Both the position numbers and the translations under genes were made by a program. Source: a virus. Taken from it: a DNA stretch of 64,000 bases. The DNA lies in the IMG/VR virus record IMGVR_UViG_3300031160_000001; one strand, given 5' to 3'. The notes below the pieces were generated by a model that was given only the letters and a program-made list of their open reading frames with translations, did not search any database and was not told where the DNA came from. Positions 55,669-64,000 of this stretch are shown here, piece after piece (position 1 is the first letter of the stretch; each line of letters starts with the position of its first letter).

Positions 55669-56844
55669 ATGAGTATATATAAATGCTTGTCAACTGACTT
55701 TCACAAACTAAAAAAGCGCATCAACCGTATAACAAAAAAGCTTGACAAGCACGGCAAGTCTTGGACGTTTGAACTTATTAGCATGCATCCAGAACGCGTT
55801 AAAGTAGTAGACATGACGAATCATGACAACATACCATCATGGCAATTCCAGCCGAAGACAAAGGAAATTATTACAGAAGTTGCAACCTATCGTTTTGAAA
55901 TGGAACCTTTAAAACTTGGTGATTACAAGGTAATAGCAATCATCGAGCATGGCAAAACTAAAGATGATAAAAACGTAAATATCATACATGCGTTAGAGTA
56001 TGACCATGTAGACATTGAGCAATACAGGCATGCACCAAGTCGCTGCAATCATTGCAATATTAACAGACATCGCAACAAAACAGTTTTGCTACTTGATAAT
56101 ATCACAGGTGACATTATTCAAGTCGGCATGACATGCTTACATGAGTATACAGGCATTGATTGCCTGGACGTGATCCAAGCATATCAAGATGCTACTATCG
56201 TCATTAACGAAAAGCCACAAATTGATGGCTCATATATTAATAACAGTTGGCAATACGAAGAAACTTTAATTTATCTCGCCTCCTGCATCCAGGAGATCGA
56301 GATGCACGGATACGAGAAGGAAGTTACAAAAACAAGAGCATGGAACAACATTGAAAAGCGTTACTATGAGCCGTATATTAATAAGGCGCAAGAGGTTATT
56401 GACTACTTTACTAGTCGTGATTTTGACGATTATTTTTTGCGTAACATTAAGTCAACGTTATCCCATGAATACGCAAAAAGTAGCGGTCTGGTTGCTTATG
56501 CTTACATAGCGTATCAAAAGGATATGGAGCGTGAAAAACAAAGAGAGATTGAGCGTGAAATTGCAGAAGCAAGTAAGCATGTCGGCAATGTCAAAGACAG
56601 AATAACAGTTAAGGTTGAATTGTATAATCAGTTCACTTATGAAACAAATTATAGTTATTATGGTGAACTTAATTACATTCACATCTTTATTGATGAAGAA
56701 GGCAATCAATACAAATGGAAAACTCAAAACGCGCTAATTGATTATGATATAGGCGATGAGTTAATTATTACAGGCACAATCAAGGCGCATGGAGAATATA
56801 AAGGAGTGAAACTAACAGAACTGACACGGTGCAAAATAGTATAG
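55669..56844 (+). CDS. Conserved phage protein with CxHC motif and an OB-fold-like C-terminus
   Basis: RCNHCNINRHRNKT; HVGNVKDRITV..YIHIFIDEEGNQYKWKT; AGGAGG RBS. Confidence 0.65.
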   Translation: MSIYKCLSTDFHKLKKRINRITKKLDKHGKSWTFELISMHPERVKVVDMTNHDNIPSWQFQPKTKEIITEVATYRFEMEPLKLGDYKVIAIIEHGKTKDDKNVNIIHALEYDHVDIEQYRHAPSRCNHCNINRHRNKTVLLLDNITGDIIQVGMTCLHEYTGIDCLDVIQAYQDATIVINEKPQIDGSYINNSWQYEETLIYLASCIQEIEMHGYEKEVTKTRAWNNIEKRYYEPYINKAQEVIDYFTSRDFDDYFLRNIKSTLSHEYAKSSGLVAYAYIAYQKDMEREKQREIEREIAEASKHVGNVKDRITVKVELYNQFTYETNYSYYGELNYIHIFIDEEGNQYKWKTQNALIDYDIGDELIITGTIKAHGEYKGVKLTELTRCKIV

Positions 56845-57070
56845 GCAGAGCCGATCTGCCTAATCTTGTTTTCTGAATAAAAATAGAATTTTAAAGTAAC
56901 TTATGATGGGGGTTAGCTGATGCAAGAAAAAAAAATAAAAAAACTGTTATTTTTCCTTCGTTCATATCGATATATATAATGAAAGTAAATTAAATCAAAG
57001 GAAAAACAAAGATGAGGCTTACATATGAGCAACATAGATATATTGAAAAGCAATATTGGAGGTTTTAAAA

Positions 57071-57226
57071 ATGAAAACTATAAACGAACTAAAAGACGGA
57101 AAATGTGTAGTTATTGCTGAAAAGAATGGAGTTGTTAAAAAATTTGCTGGGCATTTTGTATCAAAGTATCCAGCAGTATTTTTCACTATTCCAGCAGATT
57201 ATAAAATTTTAGGTTATGAACAATAA
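57071..57226 (+). CDS. Hypothetical protein (51 aa)
   Basis: Hand-translated MKTINELKDG...; GGAGG RBS. Confidence 0.55.
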   Translation: MKTINELKDGKCVVIAEKNGVVKKFAGHFVSKYPAVFFTIPADYKILGYEQ

Positions 57227-57247
57227 AATTTTTAGGAGGTTTAACAA

Positions 57248-57700
57248 ATGAAAAAAATCAAAGTTAAACAAATTATTTTTGAATGGACAGAAGCTTCTCA
57301 TATTGTCAAAGATAATACAGTAGTTAATACATTCAAAGAAGCAGAAGAAATTATTTTCAAAATTGCAGCACATTCACACAATGAGGGATACACAAAAACC
57401 GCCTTTATAATTGAATGGGAGGACGGCAGAATACACAAGGGAAGAATAGACGTTCAACGGAAAGACGCATGGAAGGAAAATCCACTAGGAAAACACGTCA
57501 AGTATTTTTATGAACATTTAGCTGGTGTCAGAAAACCTTGTGGCTGGACGGACGAGCAACTCAAAGCATATTTAAAGGCGGTTTATGATATTGACGAACA
57601 AGGACAAGAAGAAATAAAAGAAATTTTGAACACATATGCATTAGAAGACATTCCAGATACACCAGAGCAACAAACAATATGCAAAGTGGGAGAAGAATAA
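57248..57700 (+). CDS. LPD25-like (polyvalent-protein-associated) domain protein
   Basis: FEWTE..FKEAE..GYTKTAFII..KGRID pattern. Confidence 0.5.
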   Translation: MKKIKVKQIIFEWTEASHIVKDNTVVNTFKEAEEIIFKIAAHSHNEGYTKTAFIIEWEDGRIHKGRIDVQRKDAWKENPLGKHVKYFYEHLAGVRKPCGWTDEQLKAYLKAVYDIDEQGQEEIKEILNTYALEDIPDTPEQQTICKVGEE

Positions 57701-57738
57701 GAAAATATCATATTGAACACACTTGAGGAGGTAATATA

Positions 57739-58326
57739 ATGAGCGCATATCTTTCATATTCACCTTGGGGAAGTATTCAACATCGAAAAACAATTCAAGA
57801 TGGAATTGTTGTAGTCGATACAGCAGGTCATGGGGGAATAATGATTCGTAAGGATGTTGCAGAACAATATCTTTCAAAACAAGCTAGAAAAAAAGGGGTG
57901 AGATATCATGATTATTTTACATATGAGGAAGATTGTGACTATGCCATTCCAGTTTATGAATTAAGACACTTATGGAATAAATTTTACAAAGACAAGACGG
58001 AAGATGAAATTGAACTTTCGCTGATGAAGTCATTGAGTTTGTGGAACCCCGATTATCTTATTGCTATTGGAGTGAAGCCACTTGATGAACAATATCAAAT
58101 TTATTTAGACAACAAAAGAGAGGAAGAAATGAGAAAGAATCAAGATCCAGATTTAATTGTGGTAGCTTGGGGGTCGTGGCATACCAAAAAAGAAGGTGTT
58201 GTTTTGGTTGGAACCGCAGACGGTAAAAAACATTATGTTACCGAGAAAAGTTATGAAAACAGAAAGGGCTTGAATTTATTGAGTAAATGCGAAGTTATCG
58301 AATATGATGTTCAAGAATCTGCATAA
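57739..58326 (+). CDS. DUF7007-like domain protein
   Basis: SPWG..GIVVVDTAGHGGIMI..YEEDCDYAIP pattern. Confidence 0.55.
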   Translation: MSAYLSYSPWGSIQHRKTIQDGIVVVDTAGHGGIMIRKDVAEQYLSKQARKKGVRYHDYFTYEEDCDYAIPVYELRHLWNKFYKDKTEDEIELSLMKSLSLWNPDYLIAIGVKPLDEQYQIYLDNKREEEMRKNQDPDLIVVAWGSWHTKKEGVVLVGTADGKKHYVTEKSYENRKGLNLLSKCEVIEYDVQESA

Positions 58327-58380
58327 GAGGGTGGATTATAATCCATCCTCTTTATGTTTGTTTTTAAGGATGAATATTAT

Positions 58381-58614
58381 ATGACAAATCTTGTTGTTGA
58401 GAAGCAATATATATTGAATTGTGAAACAGGTAAGATTGAATTACATTTTACAAAAGCAGAATATCAAGCATTGTCTGATCAACAAAAGACTGAATTAATG
58501 AGTGCTTTTTTGTTCAGTGGTCAACGTCGAGCCTGGGCATCCAGGTTAAAGAATAATCATTTGCTGATGAATTACAGCCTGGTGCTGATTACAGGTGAAT
58601 GGGATGAAATTTGA
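58381..58614 (+). pseudogene. Truncated paralogue of the 59533 gene
   Basis: KQYILNCETGKIELHFTKAEYQAL versus RQYILNRETGRIELRFSKEEYQNL; stops after 77 aa. Confidence 0.6.
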
Positions 58615-58670
58615 AGTGAAAATTTAAGTGGAAGTAACCAGTTTGCAATTTATTAGAATAGGAGTGAGTG

Positions 58671-58825
58671 CAATGAGCGTCATCGTCGTTGAAAATTGGA
58701 AAGGGCAAATAGTTATTACGGAATATGATTTTTCTAACGATGAAGAAAAACGACAATTCATTAAGATGTGTAGGGATCAAGGCTGTTTGGTATTTGAAAA
58801 AAGAAAGGGAAGCACTGTTTCATGA
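58671..58825 (+). CDS. Small hypothetical protein
   Basis: MSVIVVENWKG...; AGGAGTGA RBS; start read by eye. Confidence 0.5.
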
Positions 58826-59113
58826 AATACAATGGGCGCAGGACGCGCCACCTAAATACGTTTGTGGTACTTCAGATTATGAATTACTGCAGAAGGCCAA
58901 TGAAAATATTATGAACGTGAACGAGAAGAAAGGAAGGGTTATTTAAATCTAGCAATTTACGTTATTCTCTTGCTTATTATTTTCGGAGGCTGTGAATTTG
59001 GTGGATAGAGTCTAATTAAAACTATATGATTTTAATGACATTACTGAACTTTTATTATTTTTTCCATCCTCATATCGATATATAAATTAGACGAAAACAA
59101 GGGGGAATAAGCA

Positions 59114-59464
59114 ATGAAGATACAAGATATCGGTAATTTAGACATGAACAATATGATTTTTAAATTAAGCGACAATAGTATAACCGCAAGGCAAAACAGT
59201 AAAACAGTTGCAGTTATAAATGACGTTAGAAGGGTCAAGGGGTTGCCTTTTAGGGATAGAGTCGATCTGAATATGAAGTTCAAAGGGAAGCTGAATCAAA
59301 TTGCTGATGATTATTTTTATGTTTCTTCAGATAATAAATTTTACAGTTTTATCAGTCAAAGTTACTACGAACTTGGTAATAAAGAGACTATTAACAGTAT
59401 TGAAGAAAAGATTAAGAAATTAAATGAATATGGTGTTAACATTATTTTCGCATATATTAATTAA
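59114..59464 (+). CDS. Hypothetical early protein
   Basis: 116 aa, GGGGG RBS, motif promoter. Confidence 0.65.
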   Translation: MKIQDIGNLDMNNMIFKLSDNSITARQNSKTVAVINDVRRVKGLPFRDRVDLNMKFKGKLNQIADDYFYVSSDNKFYSFISQSYYELGNKETINSIEEKIKKLNEYGVNIIFAYIN

Positions 59465-59478
59465 TAAGTTATTAAAAG

Positions 59479-59511
59479 TCGCCGTAAACCCTAGCTTTAG
59501 CTATGGGGAGT
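59479..59511 (-). mobile_element. 33-bp solo-hairpin IS200/IS605 remnant
   Basis: Minus strand TTGAC-ACTCCCCATAGC-TAAA-GCTAGGGTTTACGGCGA. Confidence 0.7.
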
Positions 59512-59532
59512 GTCAAAATAGGAGGAGTGAGC

Positions 59533-60720
59533 ATGACAACAGCAACAGATAGGCAGTATATTCTCAATCGAGAAACTGGACGTATTGAGCTACGTTTTTC
59601 AAAAGAGGAGTATCAGAATCTACCAAGCGACCAGAAAGCCGAACTAAAACGATTTTTTAATTTTAGTCGTTATGCTAGTGCTTGGGTTTCAAAAAGCAAG
59701 AATGATCACTATTCAGCTATTAGAACAGCAAAAAATTTAGGCTTTTCTGACGGTGGGAAAATTGGTAAACGTCTATCATATGCAGAAGAGTTAGAGAGCA
59801 AGGCTCAAAAAGCAGAAGCAAGAGCAGAGCGTTACGAGCAATATGCAGAAAACGCTGAATTAAGAGCAGTAAAATTACAAAGCGAATTTAATGAGCTACG
59901 TAAAGATTGGTCGTGGTTGACACAACCAAACATTAATAGTAGTAAAGGTAGAGCCTTTACAAGACAACGAGAGAAGGTGCTGGATCGGTATCATAAAGGA
60001 TTTGAAGAATATCGAAAAAGCGAATATTTCCGTGAGCGTGCAGCGGTTGCTCAAGTCACCGCAAGTAATGTACAACTTAATAATAGAGCATACTTGAGTA
60101 ATCGGATTGAAGAATCAAGCAAGCGCATTAGAGACTTGGAAAGAGCGATCGTTAAAGCTGAAGAACGTCAAAATGAAAGATGGCTTGATGATTTGCTTGA
60201 AAAAATGGAGTATGAAATTGACAAACTGGCATTCTTTCAAAATGCGTTAGATGAACTTGGAGGGATTCAATACAACAAAGATAATTTGAAAGTTGGTTAC
60301 GAAGTAAAAATACGTGGTCGTTGGTATATTGTCGTTAAAACTAATCCAAAAACGGTTGAAGTACAATCACCTCATGCCCCATTCACTTTAAAATATTCAT
60401 ATGCAGAGATTCAGGAAGTTAAGGTTCCTGAAGGATGGGTAGAACCAAAGGAGGAATTAAATAATCCTTTTCGAGTTGGCGATGTCGTTGTTCAAATCTT
60501 TCATAAGGGAAGTTCGAGGGAGTTTATTTATAGAGCGTTCCAGGTGATAAAAACAACATCTAAATCAGTAAATATCAAACAGATAAAAATTGAAGATGAA
60601 AAACCTTTGCGCGACAATTTTGTTAATGATCAGACTCTACAGCGCAGAGTAACGAAAAACAGAGATGGTGAATATGTTGTAAATTATGATAATTCATATT
60701 TGTATAAGTATAATGATTAA
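59533..60720 (+). CDS. DUF3560-like domain protein
   Basis: KAEARAERYEQYA..QPNI..GRAFTRQRE pattern; start ATG 59533 after GGAGG. Confidence 0.6.
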   Translation: MTTATDRQYILNRETGRIELRFSKEEYQNLPSDQKAELKRFFNFSRYASAWVSKSKNDHYSAIRTAKNLGFSDGGKIGKRLSYAEELESKAQKAEARAERYEQYAENAELRAVKLQSEFNELRKDWSWLTQPNINSSKGRAFTRQREKVLDRYHKGFEEYRKSEYFRERAAVAQVTASNVQLNNRAYLSNRIEESSKRIRDLERAIVKAEERQNERWLDDLLEKMEYEIDKLAFFQNALDELGGIQYNKDNLKVGYEVKIRGRWYIVVKTNPKTVEVQSPHAPFTLKYSYAEIQEVKVPEGWVEPKEELNNPFRVGDVVVQIFHKGSSREFIYRAFQVIKTTSKSVNIKQIKIEDEKPLRDNFVNDQTLQRRVTKNRDGEYVVNYDNSYLYKYND

Positions 60721-60997
60721 TTAATGATTGTTTTAATGCCTACATATCGATATATGGTATGTAGGCATTAAAAATAATGATTTAAAAGAGATGATTTTTA
60801 CGAATAATGATTTTTTGAAGAACTAACATTTTTGTGTTATAAACATGGACTATGGATTGAAGGAAAGGAAATGAAAGCAATAACTAGCAATAATCAAATT
60901 GTAGCTACAATTTGGAATATGATTGTGATTGTGGTGGATTATATGCAGATATAGTATGATAGAAGAATACACAGACAAAAAGGAGAGAAAATATAGA

Positions 60998-61528
60998 ATG
61001 TGGTTGAATTTTCATCGGAGAATCAATCAAGGCAAAGTTTATGATGAGCCACAATTGGTTGTAATTCCGATTGATCCTCATCGAAGAAATTATGATTTTG
61101 AAGTTGTCTCTGGTTCATTCTGGGATATTAAAGGTAATGAATATCTTTCTAAAGATCAAGCGTTGATTAAAGGAGTAAAGGAAAGCGATATTTTGTTTGA
61201 AGAAGATGTACTTGATGAGCATGTGTGTTTGGCTTATAGATATGAGAAGAGTTATTCAGATAAAGTAAATCATGCGAATGCTAAAAAGGCAGGGTTTGGT
61301 GTAATTAAAATGATTAAAGGAGACCAGACAGGAACTGAATACATGTATTGCTTATATCAGACTATACGTGCATTGAATATTCTTATTTATGGTTACTTAA
61401 CACATGGTTTTGTTGATCTCAAATTACTAAACAAAATTAAGACCGACAAGAAGTTGCAGAATGAACTATCATTTATTCTCGGTAATAATCAAGATGTTTA
61501 TAGTAGCATTATGAACTATGGAAAATGA
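60998..61528 (+). CDS. Hypothetical early protein
   Basis: AAGGAG RBS before ATG 60998. Confidence 0.6.
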   Translation: MWLNFHRRINQGKVYDEPQLVVIPIDPHRRNYDFEVVSGSFWDIKGNEYLSKDQALIKGVKESDILFEEDVLDEHVCLAYRYEKSYSDKVNHANAKKAGFGVIKMIKGDQTGTEYMYCLYQTIRALNILIYGYLTHGFVDLKLLNKIKTDKKLQNELSFILGNNQDVYSSIMNYGK

Positions 61529-61607
61529 TTTTTATTTTGTCGTTATTTTTAAGTATGTGATATCGATATATAAGATGAGTTCAAAATATGACTTGGAGGT
61601 ATCTTAT

Positions 61608-61958
61608 ATGAACAACAATCAAACGACCGCACATGCAAGATATGAAGCACATGTTAAAGAATCTTTACTGGCTGGAAAACCAGTCGAGTATAGATTGAAA
61701 GACTTTTTACCAAAGGATAATAAAAGCAAGACAAAACGATCACGACCAAAAACAAAGTATGAAAAAATGGTGCTTGAAGCATTTGAAGAAGGCAAAATAA
61801 TGTTTCCCAAAATGCACGAGGATGTGACTATTAGACACGCTTATATTAAAAGTACAATCATGCACTGGATGTCAGAGTGTGAATCCATTGACGAAGTGAA
61901 AGAACTATACAACACTTATAAAAGAATTACATATAACACACCAGTATTCGAGTATTAA
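61608..61958 (+). CDS. Hypothetical early protein
   Basis: GGAGG RBS before ATG 61608; motif promoter. Confidence 0.65.
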   Translation: MNNNQTTAHARYEAHVKESLLAGKPVEYRLKDFLPKDNKSKTKRSRPKTKYEKMVLEAFEEGKIMFPKMHEDVTIRHAYIKSTIMHWMSECESIDEVKELYNTYKRITYNTPVFEY

Positions 61959-62022
61959 TGTTAAGGGAAGGTTTTATACTTCCCTTAAAATAAATCTTTT
62001 AAAAAGAAATGGAGGTTGTGAT

Positions 62023-62199
62023 ATGAAAGACGTTTATATTCAAGAGTGTAATTCTTGTGGAGCAGAATTTCCAGTCCAATACACAAAAGGCGGTTATAAT
62101 TATATAGGAGAAACTTGTGATTGTGAAGATTCTTTTTCTCCACGTTGGGATTCTCCTAGTATTTCAGAGTGGGAGCAACAACAGAGCAAGAGCCAATAA
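62023..62199 (+). CDS. Small Cys-containing protein (58 aa)
   Basis: MKDVYIQECNSCG..CDCE; GGAGG RBS. Confidence 0.55.
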   Translation: MKDVYIQECNSCGAEFPVQYTKGGYNYIGETCDCEDSFSPRWDSPSISEWEQQQSKSQ

Positions 62200-62227
62200 A
62201 ACAAGTCATTTAAGGAGTTGAATATCA

Positions 62228-62377
62228 TTGGCTAAAGAAGAATGGAAATCTCAAAGTTTAGAGGAAATTATTGAGGAATTTGATCGAAAACATGGTAAAA
62301 TTGATGTGTCTTTATATTGGGAGGGTTGGCGCAAAATAACAGCAGAAGATTTAAAAGATTATCAAGGGAGATATTAA
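62228..62377 (+). CDS. Small hypothetical protein (49 aa)
   Basis: TTG start after AAGGAG. Confidence 0.45.
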   Translation: MAKEEWKSQSLEEIIEEFDRKHGKIDVSLYWEGWRKITAEDLKDYQGRY

Positions 62378-62445
62378 ATTTTTTTATATTTTCCCTATTT
62401 TCTTGATTCTCAAATTATATATATAATGAGAGGAGGATTAAGAAA

Positions 62446-62697
62446 ATGAGAAAAAGATTAAGCGTAGCAGAAGCAATTGCTAATGTACTTGGTTAGGATA
62501 TTTCCGATGTGAAAGAAAACAGATATCAATATGGCAGGACATCTAAGCCAGTATTTACGGCAGGTGATCATTATTATTGTGCAGATGATGTTCCAGCAAA
62601 ATTTTATGGTGTTGAAAATCGGTGGGAGTGGGAGAAGGTAGAGCATCCAATAAATAATAAAAACGGATGGATTGTATGGAGAGCAAACATGAAATAA
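62446..62697 (+). pseudogene. Gene interrupted by a single in-frame TAG
   Basis: AGGAGG RBS, MRKRLSVAEAIANVLG*DISDVKENRYQ..., TAG at 62494-62496. Confidence 0.65.
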
Positions 62698-62772
62698 AAA
62701 AGGTGAATTTTAAGGGGTTTTATTATAATTAAGACGTTGACATAAGAATATTTTAAACTTTGGAGTGATTTC

Positions 62773-62934
62773 ATGTATCAATATATGCCTAAGTGGAAAG
62801 AGACAAACAAAGAAACTTATATAAAAATGTTGGAGTCAAGAATAGAAGGGATTGAAAGAAAGAGGGTAAAATCAGTTAGTGATTCAAAAAGATTAGAGGG
62901 GTTAAAGCGAGAACTTGATCAGATAAAAAAATAA
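62773..62934 (+). CDS. Small basic hypothetical protein (53 aa)
   Basis: GGAGTGA RBS. Confidence 0.5.
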   Translation: MYQYMPKWKETNKETYIKMLESRIEGIERKRVKSVSDSKRLEGLKRELDQIKK

Positions 62935-63068
62935 TTTTATTCGGTCATTATTTTTTATTGTGCCGTATCGATATATATAATGGAGGTGAAAATAAGAATA
63001 AAATATATATTGAAACCTAAAAATAAAAGTGTATAATAAAACTAAAATAATACTAAGGAGTGAATTTA

Positions 63069-64000
63069 ATGTCAAAAATTGATTTGGGACAAAAATTTGA
63101 AGAAGTTATGAGACAGCTCGAGGAACTTGAAGAAAAGAAAGTAGATGTTTTGAAGAAACCAAGAGATATTGGAATTAGAGATAATAGCTTACATATTGAA
63201 GGACTTGGGCTTGTTGATTTTACAAAGACTGGTTTACAGACGTTTTGTGCCAAGTTGGATCTTCCATCCTCTTATATGTTCAAATTGATGGACAAGCAGG
63301 ACAAGAGTTTGCGAGAAATTGAAAGAGATCAAGAAGTGTTCAAAATGAATATTCAAAGAGGTCTTGAAACATTGAGACCTGATACGGATATCTTTTTTAG
63401 AACATACAATGAGGGAGACAGACATATCATTAGAGGGGTGTTCAGTGACCGATATAATGTAGTGGACAATTTGCCACTCCTGGGAGAGATTCGAAACTAT
63501 GATTTTAGCCAACTTAAAACTGAACACTTTAATGTAACAAGCGATTATTTGGATGTTCGCTTCACGATGCCTCATTTGAAGCGGTCGATTGGCAAATTGT
63601 CAGAACATGAAGTTAGATTTGGAGTGTCTGATGATATTGTTTTTCCTGCAATTCACCTTAGAAATTCAGAAGTCGGTCGTAGTAAAATTTCTATTCAATT
63701 CATTATTTATCGCCTGGTTTGCACAAATGGATTAATTAATCAACGTGATCAATATCGAATCGTAAATAAAAAACATGTTGGCGATTATGATTTGTCTGAA
63801 GTAAATAATCGCATTGCTGACATTGTGGGAAAGACTCCAGATATGTTTGAAGCATACATTGATACCATGATTAATTCAAAAAGCGAAAAAGTGGAGGATG
63901 CGGAAGAGATTATTTTGGGTTTAAATAAGCGACAAGGAATCACAAAACGAATGACTGAAACAGTATTGGATAATTGGAAAAGCGAGCAGCGAAGCGAAGC
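63069..64000 (+). CDS. DUF932-like protein, truncated by the window edge
   Basis: AAGGAG RBS; IRGVFSDRYNVVDN..RNSEVGRSK..YRLVCTNGLI; open to the window end. Confidence 0.7.
   Translation, partial: MSKIDLGQKFEEVMRQLEELEEKKVDVLKKPRDIGIRDNSLHIEGLGLVDFTKTGLQTFCAKLDLPSSYMFKLMDKQDKSLREIERDQEVFKMNIQRGLETLRPDTDIFFRTYNEGDRHIIRGVFSDRYNVVDNLPLLGEIRNYDFSQLKTEHFNVTSDYLDVRFTMPHLKRSIGKLSEHEVRFGVSDDIVFPAIHLRNSEVGRSKISIQFIIYRLVCTNGLINQRDQYRIVNKKHVGDYDLSEVNNRIADIVGKTPDMFEAYIDTMINSKSEKVEDAEEIILGLNKRQGITKRMTETVLDNWKSEQRSE

Larger units (their letters stand above)
48931..62975 (+). promoter_or_regulatory. 13 copies of TATCGATATA upstream of early genes
   Basis: Copies at 48931, 49530, 49927, 50778, 51455, 53524, 54878, 55627, 56965, 59073, 60745, 61561, 62966; all intergenic, usually after a T-tract and before an RBS. 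Confidence 0.85.

Noticed and set aside
44621-64000. Arbitrium (aimR/aimP) system expected in SPbeta-like phages
   Set aside because: No TPR-type receptor or short secreted peptide gene recognised in this window; it may lie outside

Overview
The window is a contiguous ~64 kb piece of a large temperate siphophage of a Bacillales host, with SPbeta-like gene order. It could be a phage genome or a prophage; no host genes or att junctions can be identified with certainty. 0.8-44.4 kb is one minus-strand late region: a sigma-like/GIY-YIG fusion, HU, PhoH, YonK-like protein, metallophosphoesterase, terminase, portal, protease/scaffold, capsid, neck, tail tube, tRNA-Pro, a tyrosine recombinase, a 2048-aa tape measure, Dit, tail spike, tail fibres, two holins and an amidase-NAGPA-LysM endolysin. 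Inserted in it are an intact IS607 (tnpA+tnpB), a plus-strand moron and a GC-rich tail-tip cassette (~3.6-9.0 kb). That cassette holds two tandem DGR-type (Mtd/FGE-fold) genes with VR-like C-termini but no reverse transcriptase or template repeat in the window, a XerD-like recombinase whose leader folds into a three-way-junction RNA, and a tail fibre. It is the best candidate for an undescribed system. 44.6-47.7 kb holds a third tyrosine recombinase, an origin-like site, a putative replication protein and a non-coding strand-skew switch. 47.7-64 kb is a plus-strand array of small early genes with an ECF-like sigma factor, 13 copies of a TATCGATATA promoter/operator motif, repeated structured leaders and a 96-bp direct repeat. 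Three TTGAC-anchored IS200/IS605 end remnants of decreasing size are scattered through the window. All assignments come from motif recognition and synteny; no database searches were run.
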